64,000 nt of DNA from a bacterium (GTDB taxonomy: Bacteria > Zhuqueibacterota > Zhuqueibacteria > Zhuqueibacterales > Geothermadaptataceae): contig JAJRYV010000056.1 of NCBI GenBank assembly GCA_024275575.1, positions 35,896 through 99,895 of the forward strand, given 5' to 3'. Below the pieces are notes generated by a model. It was given only the letters and a program-made list of their open reading frames with translations. It was not told the DNA's origin and did not search any database. Below are positions 28,031 to 36,102 of this stretch, piece by piece; position 1 is the first letter of the stretch; every line of letters begins with the position of its first letter. The position numbers were made by a program, and so were the translations under genes.

Positions 28031-30403
28031 TTAATTAAAAGGCTGCGCTCGTTTCATCAGGTCTTCAAGACCCTCTTCGTCCGGGTTTAGCGGTTTGCCG
28101 GGGTGGATGATTTTCACCGGACATTTTTCCGCAGCTTCGACGATATCGCGGAAAGGGCCGGCGCCGGCATCTTTGATAATTGCTTGCTGATTGCCGTCGT
28201 AAATGAAGATCAGCGAATTCCGTTGTATGCATTCATTGCAACTCGTGCACAGCGGTGTATCGATGTAAGCGGCATCGAATGATATATCATCATCAGCTTC
28301 CCCGGCAATTTCAGCTTTTGGTGTTTCCTCGCTTTTCGGCGCCGAGACTGCTTGTTCCGGCGCCGCAGCAGGTGCAGTCGCAGGTACGGCAACGGGTGCC
28401 GCCGTCTGACCGAGCAATCCGGCAGCAATATTGCCGACAATCTCATCAGCAAGGGAACCGACGGTCGAGTCGAGTTTAGCCTGATAAGTTTGTTCCAGTT
28501 CATTTTCTTTGGCGGCCAGGGCTGCTGCAAGTTTTTCCTGTTCAATCTGCATTTGAGCCTGCACATGGGAATTTTCTATCCCGGCCAGTTCCTGTAAATT
28601 CTGCCAGTTCAACTGAAGTTTTTGCCCTGAATTCAGCAGAAATTGTGAAACGACGACAGCGAATTTATGCCCTTTTTTATCGTATTTAATAACAAATGGA
28701 ATCTTGTTCGATGTTGTACTTTCGTGCAAAAAATCTGCAACGGGAATAAAATCATCGGTCAATTCAGCAGCATTTATTTCGACACAATGGGCGGCAAATT
28801 CCGGTTGGTCGGAAAGGAAATCGACGGTTGTATAACAATCTTCGATAGTGATATGATCGCCGTTTTCATCAATAAAACCGGCCTTTGTCCTGATCCAGTC
28901 GCCGGCGAAATCTTCATTCGTTGCGATGGAAAACTTATCAGCCCATTTTAAACCCTTGCCGGGGTCGAGTGCAAATGCCGGATTAACGCGGGACGAAGTG
29001 GCTCCAATGACTTGTTTAAAGCGATTTTCAGCATCCTTGTGCCCGCCGACAAAAACCCCCCAAAATGATGGGCCGCTAAACTGCAAACCATTTTGAAAAA
29101 CTTCGGTTAGTGAGGTAAAATTCGACAATGAAAGCTGTGCGGCAAATATATTATTCTCCTGCAAAAGGCTGCGCATTAATCGGTTGGCAGCAGCAGAATA
29201 AAAATGCGATTCATGGGGTGCTTTGCCCTGTTCCAGCACCTTGTCGAATTCGATAATAACTTTGACGGGTGCTTCTGTCGCCGCGAGTCGTAAAATTTCG
29301 CTGATATGATCGGCGGTGAGTTTACTCTGTTTCAAATAGACAACCGCAGGCCAGATCATCTTCAGCTCAGAAACCGGCACATTGATAAGATCAAATTTCT
29401 CAAAATAGGCATCATGTTGTTGTGCATCGTATCGATTTTCAACTTCGAGCATGGCGATTTGCCGGGCGCGGAAATAACCGATAAACTTTTTCAAGGTGGA
29501 TTCATACTGCTTGAATGCAGTCTTAAAATCACTTGCAACGGTCATCTCACCGTTTTCCAGTTCTTCGATCATCTGCGTCAATTTATCTTTTACCAGTTGC
29601 AGCCGGGCATTTCTCGTCTGCGATGGATTGAGATGGCCCACATGCGCCATGAGGCCGGCAAAAGTATCAGGTTTGATTTCATCGGTTGCGAGACGGCCGG
29701 CCAATTCTTCCGGTGACTTTGCCGCCTCCGATTTTTCATATTCAATGGTGAGAATATCACTGACACGCTGCAGCAGGTCGTGATTTTGACGGAGAAATTC
29801 AGCACTGGAATTTGCCGCCTGCCGCGCATAAATACGGGAAAATATGCGTTGGATGACTTGCGGCTGGAAAGCGAGCAATTCTGCTGGAAAGCTCTTTTCG
29901 CTGAATAGTGTTTTGAGCGTTTTTTGCAGGTTTTCTTTTTTATCTTTTGCGGTTCTCGCTGATTTAATAACGTCTTTTAGCGCTTTTTCCCAGGTTTCTT
30001 CCAGGTTTGCGGATTTCGCAAAGCACTTTTGGCGCATCGCATTTTCGAGGAGATATAAATAATGTCGCAATTCGGCAGTTTCTTCGTTTTCCGCGTCCAA
30101 ACTGGTGATCATTTCATCGATAAATTGCGTCAATGTGATCATCGGTTTTTCAGTATCTTCCGGTAAGATCAGCGGGAAATCAAGGCGCATTTTTTCAAGA
30201 TGACGCAAGCCGGCATCAAAAACCGAGCTTACCCCCGACAGAGGCACTGGTTTTGCTTTAAACTCGCTCTTTTCTCCGGTGATAAAAAAATGACGCAAAT
30301 CAGTAATAAAGTTCTGTTCATCTATTTGAGCAAGGGCGCCGTTGTTGCTGACCTGCCCAACTTGATTTTCAACCACGACATCAGGCATGGCCGTTTCCTC
30401 CAC
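28031..30403 (-). CDS. 790-aa protein: helical N-region, degenerate PFOR domain-VI-like region, coiled coil, Ala/Pro-rich linker, C-terminal single-cluster ferredoxin domain
   Basis: C-terminal 84 aa: YIDTPLCTSCNECIQRN...AAEKCPVKIIHPG, a CxxCxxC...CP single-[4Fe-4S]/[3Fe-4S]-type ferredoxin pattern. It is preceded by QTAAPVAVPATAPAAAPEQAVSAPKSEETPKAE. The start (30403 or ATG 30388) overlaps the korB stop. Confidence 0.55.
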   Translation of the reverse strand: MEETAMPDVVVENQVGQVSNNGALAQIDEQNFITDLRHFFITGEKSEFKAKPVPLSGVSSVFDAGLRHLEKMRLDFPLILPEDTEKPMITLTQFIDEMITSLDAENEETAELRHYLYLLENAMRQKCFAKSANLEETWEKALKDVIKSARTAKDKKENLQKTLKTLFSEKSFPAELLAFQPQVIQRIFSRIYARQAANSSAEFLRQNHDLLQRVSDILTIEYEKSEAAKSPEELAGRLATDEIKPDTFAGLMAHVGHLNPSQTRNARLQLVKDKLTQMIEELENGEMTVASDFKTAFKQYESTLKKFIGYFRARQIAMLEVENRYDAQQHDAYFEKFDLINVPVSELKMIWPAVVYLKQSKLTADHISEILRLAATEAPVKVIIEFDKVLEQGKAPHESHFYSAAANRLMRSLLQENNIFAAQLSLSNFTSLTEVFQNGLQFSGPSFWGVFVGGHKDAENRFKQVIGATSSRVNPAFALDPGKGLKWADKFSIATNEDFAGDWIRTKAGFIDENGDHITIEDCYTTVDFLSDQPEFAAHCVEINAAELTDDFIPVADFLHESTTSNKIPFVIKYDKKGHKFAVVVSQFLLNSGQKLQLNWQNLQELAGIENSHVQAQMQIEQEKLAAALAAKENELEQTYQAKLDSTVGSLADEIVGNIAAGLLGQTAAPVAVPATAPAAAPEQAVSAPKSEETPKAEIAGEADDDISFDAAYIDTPLCTSCNECIQRNSLIFIYDGNQQAIIKDAGAGPFRDIVEAAEKCPVKIIHPGKPLNPDEEGLEDLMKRAQPFN

Positions 30404-31361
30404 TTACCGGCTCGATCAAAATCTTGTTAAAAGCGTTCTCCAGAACATTTTTGCGCATCTCGCTGGTCACAAAACGCTTGCGCCGCTTTGCATCATCATA
30501 AACTTCAACATTTTCATTGCGGTAAAGAATACCCACTGGCAATAGGTCTTCTTTTTCAGCCAGCTCGCGAGCTCGGTTCAAGTTGGATGGATCATGATTT
30601 TCATGATTTTTAAAAGTTTTGAGCATGGTTTCGCTGGAGTTCAATCCGTCTTCGTGCTGCAGCATTAAAATCGATTCCGGTTGCATCAGATGATCGAACA
30701 TGTGCGGGGTGAAATGCGGGCAGCGCTGCACGATATGAATAAACGAGAAACCACGATGGTGATAGGCCGCTTTAATAATATCATACATCATTTCAGGCAT
30801 CCATTCACCGACTTGAGCGACGAATGAGACATTGCTGATACCCAATGTGACGCTGAGTGGTTTGATGGGCTTCAACGGCGAACCTGTTGGTGTAGTATTG
30901 GTTACCAGCCCTTGCGGTGAAGTTGGGGAAACCTGCAGTTTTGTAAGACCATAAATTTCATTATTATGCAGCATTGCGACCATATTCATATTGTATCGCA
31001 CAGCGTGGATCCAGTGCGCCGTTCCGATGCTGCAGCAATCGCCGTCGCCCATATTGACAAATACGTCAAGATCGGGCCGGCGGATTTTGATGCCTTCGGC
31101 GATGGGCAAAGCACGGCCGTGCAAACCGTGGAAACCGTCTGTTCCCATGTAGTGGGGGAAGCGGCTCGAACAACCGATACCGGAGACAAATACAGTTTTC
31201 TCCGGTGCGAGTTGTTCATCGCGGCACAAGCGCTGGACAGATGTCAGAATAGAATTATCACCACAGCCGGGGCACCAGCGCGGCACATTGCTTTGATATT
31301 CTTCCAAAGTGTAGTAAGTATCCGGTAATGCAATTTCACAATTTTGATTTATGCCAAACAT
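30381..31361 (-). CDS. korB: 2-oxoacid:ferredoxin oxidoreductase beta subunit (ThDP-binding; two-subunit KorAB type)
   Basis: WCPGCGDNSIL, SGIGCSSRFPHYM, ThDP motif NMGDGDCCSIG...NNEIYGLTK. Confidence 0.9.
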   Translation of the reverse strand: MFGINQNCEIALPDTYYTLEEYQSNVPRWCPGCGDNSILTSVQRLCRDEQLAPEKTVFVSGIGCSSRFPHYMGTDGFHGLHGRALPIAEGIKIRRPDLDVFVNMGDGDCCSIGTAHWIHAVRYNMNMVAMLHNNEIYGLTKLQVSPTSPQGLVTNTTPTGSPLKPIKPLSVTLGISNVSFVAQVGEWMPEMMYDIIKAAYHHRGFSFIHIVQRCPHFTPHMFDHLMQPESILMLQHEDGLNSSETMLKTFKNHENHDPSNLNRARELAEKEDLLPVGILYRNENVEVYDDAKRRKRFVTSEMRKNVLENAFNKILIEPVSGGNGHA

Positions 31362-31413
31362 GGCTCACCTCATGTCATTATGTGCTTAAATTTCTGGCGC
31401 AATCAGCGCGGCA

Positions 31414-33303
31414 TTATTTGAGACGTTCCTCGATCATATCGATAATGGAATGCGGCTTGATCGGCTGTCCGAAAACATTGGACCAGCAATCGACATCGAT
31501 GAGATAACGTGCCCGTAGCAACAATGCAAGGTTTGAGTAACGGCGATTATTTTCATCGAAAAATTTATCCTTATAACTGTCCGAATAATTAATTTCAACG
31601 GTCATCACCTGCTTGAATTGCTGCAGTATTTCCTTGATTCCTGAAGCCATGGGTTGCAAATATTTGAGATGCAACGAGGAGACTGAATAGCCTTTTTCAC
31701 AGGCTGCATCCACGGCTTCTTCGATCACGCCGAGTGTACTGCCCCAGCCGATGATGAGCAAATCACCTTTTTTATCACCGTGAACTTTCGGTGTTTGCAG
31801 TGTTTTTTGAAATGCTGCCAGTTTCTTGCTGCGCTTTTCCATTGCAAATTGATTGATCCAGGGATCGTAGGCCACTTTGCTTTCGCGTGAATGCGCCAGG
31901 CCGGTCAGGGTGTGCATGCCGCCGGGCTGCCCGGGAATGATCCGGCTTGAAAGTCCGGTTTCTTCATCCCAATCGTAGGGGGCCATGTCTTCCGGAACCG
32001 GCGACTGGTCAAACGGCGGCGCCACCCATTCTTCTTTAAACTCCGGTTTCATGAATGGTTGCTGGCCGGTTGCCAGGTTGGCATCAGAAAGAATATAAAC
32101 CGGCATGCGGAAGGTTTCAGCGATTTTGCGCGCGGTTATCGGCGCATAAAAACAGTCTTCGATGGTCGCCGGCGCCATGACGATTTTGGGCGCGTCGCCA
32201 TGAGTATGGAAAAGCGACATAAGCAAATCGCCCTGTTCGACTTTAGTCGGCAAGCCAGTGCTTGGGCCGCCACGCTGAACGTTCACAACAACGAGTGGGA
32301 TTTCCGCCATTGAAGCGAGCCCCAGAACTTCGGTTTTTAATGACAACCCGGGCCCGGAAGTGATGGTCACCGCGCATTTGCCGGCATAGGAGGCGCCAAC
32401 GGCAAATGCCGCCGCCGCAATCTCATCTTCCGCCTGATGCACGACGCCACCGACATGTTCAAAAATCTCGCTGAGATAATGAGACGCCGAAGTTGCCGGT
32501 GTGATGGGATACATGGCGCAGACATCCATGCCGGATGCGACAACGCCCAACGCCAGCGCGGTATTGCCATTCAAAACAATTTGCCGATCTTTGATGCCTG
32601 CAGACGGAATTTCAAATTTAAAATCGAGGTTTTCTTCAGCCCATGCATAGCCGGATTCGAGCAATTGAATATTCGGCGCGATGACCTTCTCGCCTTTTTT
32701 GGCAAAGGTCAGACGAATCTCATTGCGCGCAGCCTCGAGGTCGCGTGAATAAATACTGCACAACATGCCGAGAGCCCACATGTTTTTACCGCGCTGCGGA
32801 TTTTGTACAATTTTCAGGCATTCCTTTTCCATCGGCACTTCATAGATGCGCAATTTCGTTTTGCTCAGTTCATCCAGGCCTTCCCGGTACATTTTTTTGA
32901 TTTCCGGGTCCGCATGATCACGCCATTTGTCTTCAAGCAAAACGATGGCATTGGGTTTCATATTGTCTGACTCAAAGCGGCCGAGCAGCGATTGTTCATT
33001 AAAGGCGACAACGAGATCGGCTTCATCGCCGGCATTGGTGATATAAAAGGAACCGATACGAATTCTGTTGCCGCTGCCGCCGACCTTGCTGCGGGGCGGC
33101 GGCTGAATTTCTGCAGGAATAATTTCCACAGTCCAGATCCCGTTGCCGCTTTTTGCGGAAATCGCACCGAATGCCTGCCCGGCTTTCTGCGCACCCTCAC
33201 CAGCGTCACTGACGATTTCAATAATATGCTCTTTTAACAGAACTTTCTTTTTTTCACCCGCAGCAAGCGGGGAAACCTTTGCCAAAGCTTCTACTTTGTC
33301 CAT
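31414..33303 (-). CDS. korA: 2-oxoacid:ferredoxin oxidoreductase alpha subunit (fused gamma+alpha domains; KorA type)
   Basis: 629 aa: N-terminal gamma-like domain (IVSDAGEGAQKAGQ), then MYPITPATSAS, QAEDEIAAAAFAVGASYAG, GPGLSLKTEVLG, VNVQRGGPSTGLPTK. Confidence 0.9.
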   Translation of the reverse strand: MDKVEALAKVSPLAAGEKKKVLLKEHIIEIVSDAGEGAQKAGQAFGAISAKSGNGIWTVEIIPAEIQPPPRSKVGGSGNRIRIGSFYITNAGDEADLVVAFNEQSLLGRFESDNMKPNAIVLLEDKWRDHADPEIKKMYREGLDELSKTKLRIYEVPMEKECLKIVQNPQRGKNMWALGMLCSIYSRDLEAARNEIRLTFAKKGEKVIAPNIQLLESGYAWAEENLDFKFEIPSAGIKDRQIVLNGNTALALGVVASGMDVCAMYPITPATSASHYLSEIFEHVGGVVHQAEDEIAAAAFAVGASYAGKCAVTITSGPGLSLKTEVLGLASMAEIPLVVVNVQRGGPSTGLPTKVEQGDLLMSLFHTHGDAPKIVMAPATIEDCFYAPITARKIAETFRMPVYILSDANLATGQQPFMKPEFKEEWVAPPFDQSPVPEDMAPYDWDEETGLSSRIIPGQPGGMHTLTGLAHSRESKVAYDPWINQFAMEKRSKKLAAFQKTLQTPKVHGDKKGDLLIIGWGSTLGVIEEAVDAACEKGYSVSSLHLKYLQPMASGIKEILQQFKQVMTVEINYSDSYKDKFFDENNRRYSNLALLLRARYLIDVDCWSNVFGQPIKPHSIIDMIEERLK

Positions 33304-33751
33304 CTTTGCCTCATGTGTGGTACTTTTCGTTAAAATTCGTTGGCTTCCACTTCACATCGACTGCTCAAAAATAATGGGCTGAATCCAGAGGGGAGCAAGA
33401 GACCATCGGAATGATTGTGAACCAAATTTTCAGGGAAGGTTGACTCTCTCCACCTAATCGGTTTTAAAATAAATCAGTAAACAAAAATTAAGCGCTTAAA
33501 GTAAATTTTAAAAAAATAATTCGCAAGCAGAGAATACAATAATTCTGAACATATAAATTATTTTAATTAACGACATTATGAAAACAGGCGCAACGATATG
33601 CAATCATTAGACCAAACTCATCGTTAAACGATTATCTCTTTTGACTCGAAGCAGCGATGAAAAAAAAATGCAGCATAATAATTAATTTCCTGTTTATAAA
33701 AAATCCCGATATTTTTTCCCACAATTAAGAATTCTGATATTTATTTTTAAT

Positions 33752-33784
33752 AAAAAAACGGGACCTGGTCAAGCCAAATCCCGC
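33752..33784 (-). terminator. Candidate rho-independent terminator of htrA
   Basis: Minus strand: CGGGA-tttggcttgaccagg-TCCCG followed by T7, about 170 nt after the htrA stop. The stem is short, so confidence is moderate. Confidence 0.45.
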
Positions 33785-33954
33785 TTTGAAATGCGTCGTA
33801 ACGAGCGAACCCTGGCAGGGTATTGCCGTCAAGTTATTGATTCAATTTTGTAAAACTCGCTGTTGTGTTGATTACTATATATAAAACAGGCAGCGACGTC
33901 AATCCAGTCTCACTGAAGCGCGTTTGTAATTGAACTGCCTGCATTGTTGCACGA

Positions 33955-35451
33955 TTATTTTACTGTGATAGCGCTGAAAAATCGCCGTGAGCCGCGTTTG
34001 CAGCGCAGGAGAATAGTATCGCCGGTTTTCAGCCCGTCGACGATCCGGTTAAAACTACGTACCGAATCAACCGTTTTTTTGTTAACCGACAGGATAACAT
34101 CGCCCACGCGCAACTGCTCCTGCCAGGCATCACTGTTGCGATCGATATTGGTGATCACAACCCCCTCATCGCCATCTTCAATATTGTAGCGTCTGAGAAT
34201 ATCATTGGTCAGATTTGCAACCTCAAGACCGAGTTTGTTATAATTGTCTTTTTTCTGCGTTTTCGTTACCGCGGTCAAGTTCTCCGGATAATCACCCAAA
34301 GTTACTTTCACAGTCTTTCGTTTCCCATCACGAACGATACCCATGGAAACGCTGGTGCCTGGTCGAATCGTTCCCACGACTTTACGCAAATGATTGTCGT
34401 CACGAATTTCACGGCCATCGATATCGGTGATCACGTCGCTTTCGCGCAATCCGGATTTGGCCGCCGGCGTACCATCGGTCACTTCGCTTATCAACGCACC
34501 TTTTGTCGATTCGAGTTTGAGGGCCTCGGCAACTTTTTCAGTCACTGGCTGCGGGATGATGCCGAGATAACCATAACTGACTTTCCCATCTTTGATCAAG
34601 CTGTCCATCACCCATTTTGCCAGATTGATCGGTACGGCAAAACCGATTCCCTGGAAGCCACCCGATTGGCTAACGATCGCCGTATTGACCCCCACCAACT
34701 GGCCATATAAATTGATCATTGCACCACCGGAATTGCCGGGGTTGATCGCTGCATCAGTTTGGATAAAATTTTCCACGGCGGCGAGCTGCAGCGCCCGACC
34801 TTTGGCGCTGACAATACCCGCCGAAACTGTATTCGCCAGACCTTCGCGCAGCGGGCTGCCGATCGCCATCACCCACTCACCGACACGAAGATTTTCAGAA
34901 TTACCGAAATCGATGGGGTGCAGGTTCTTTGCATCGACTTTGACGACGGCGATATCACTGCGCGGGTCACGACCGATGATTTCAGCATCCAGTTTTTTCC
35001 CATCATACAGCATGATTTTGATTTCATCGGCATCATTGACAACGTGATTATTCGTCAAAATATAACCGTCGCTGCTGACGATTACACCTGAACCCTGGCC
35101 GCTCATATGCCTCTCTTGCGGCATATCAGGTAAGTTGAAAAAATCAAAAAAGTCACCAAACGGCGTCTGGCGGCGGTGAGGATTGGTGGCGGACGTTTTA
35201 ACGATTTTGTCTGTCAGGATTGTGACGACGCTCAACCTTGCCCGCTCGGCAATGGTAATAAATGCGTTGTTCAAATCGCGAATAACGTCCGGGTTGTACT
35301 TTAACGGCTCCGGACTGTTTGTCGTTACCGGCACATTTACCGGCTGTGGAGAGCCGGCTTCAGATTTTGGCAGCCATTCCAGTTGTGTCGTCGCCAAAAT
35401 ACCCACAAGAATACCGATCGCTAATACAGCAAAAACTTTCATAGATCGCAT
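33955..35451 (-). CDS. htrA: Periplasmic serine endoprotease DegP/HtrA (Do family, two PDZ domains)
   Basis: Signal/TM N-terminus. Catalytic triad context TNNHVV, DIAVVKV, GNSGGAMIN. Two PDZ-like C-terminal segments. Confidence 0.9.
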   Translation of the reverse strand: MRSMKVFAVLAIGILVGILATTQLEWLPKSEAGSPQPVNVPVTTNSPEPLKYNPDVIRDLNNAFITIAERARLSVVTILTDKIVKTSATNPHRRQTPFGDFFDFFNLPDMPQERHMSGQGSGVIVSSDGYILTNNHVVNDADEIKIMLYDGKKLDAEIIGRDPRSDIAVVKVDAKNLHPIDFGNSENLRVGEWVMAIGSPLREGLANTVSAGIVSAKGRALQLAAVENFIQTDAAINPGNSGGAMINLYGQLVGVNTAIVSQSGGFQGIGFAVPINLAKWVMDSLIKDGKVSYGYLGIIPQPVTEKVAEALKLESTKGALISEVTDGTPAAKSGLRESDVITDIDGREIRDDNHLRKVVGTIRPGTSVSMGIVRDGKRKTVKVTLGDYPENLTAVTKTQKKDNYNKLGLEVANLTNDILRRYNIEDGDEGVVITNIDRNSDAWQEQLRVGDVILSVNKKTVDSVRSFNRIVDGLKTGDTILLRCKRGSRRFFSAITVK

Positions 35452-36102
35452 TTTTGTACTCCTTGATGTTTATTTTAAAACTCAGATAACCGAGCAAAGT
35501 GATAGGATTGCTCATAATTTACATTTTAATCAGATAAACAGTGACTACTTTCGATGAATCAATTTTTATGTTTACCCACCTTGTTTCTTAAGTCCCGATT
35601 AGGACGAGCTTTCCAAAAAAAAAGATTTAACTGATGATAGAAACAATCTTTTCCGATCAGCATCTTCCAGAAAAGATTTTCGTGTCTATATAAAGAGCCT
35701 TAATAAACAAGTATAGCACAACTTTTTAATCTCCCGGCCCTGAATTAAGTTATTTATAAAACTCCATTAGTATTATTAAATAACTTTAGCAATAGATTCA
35801 ATTTGGTAAATAAAGTAATAAAACCTGTTGCATTTTATGCTGCCTGTTGCTTATATTTCGCCTCATTAAATCTCACTAAAAATCAAATAAAAACCCACAA
35901 AACAGTATAAAAATACACCAAAACCAAAGAATTACATTCTTTTTTGAATAAATATTATTTTGTTTGCCGAAGTATGTGGAAATTAGCGGACATGCTTGAC
36001 AAATGCTGACCATCAATAGTGAAAATGTGACTATTTAGCCAACTGTTAAACCGACGAGCTAACGCTATTCAACACTTTTTCATACAAAATCAAACATTTC
36101 CA

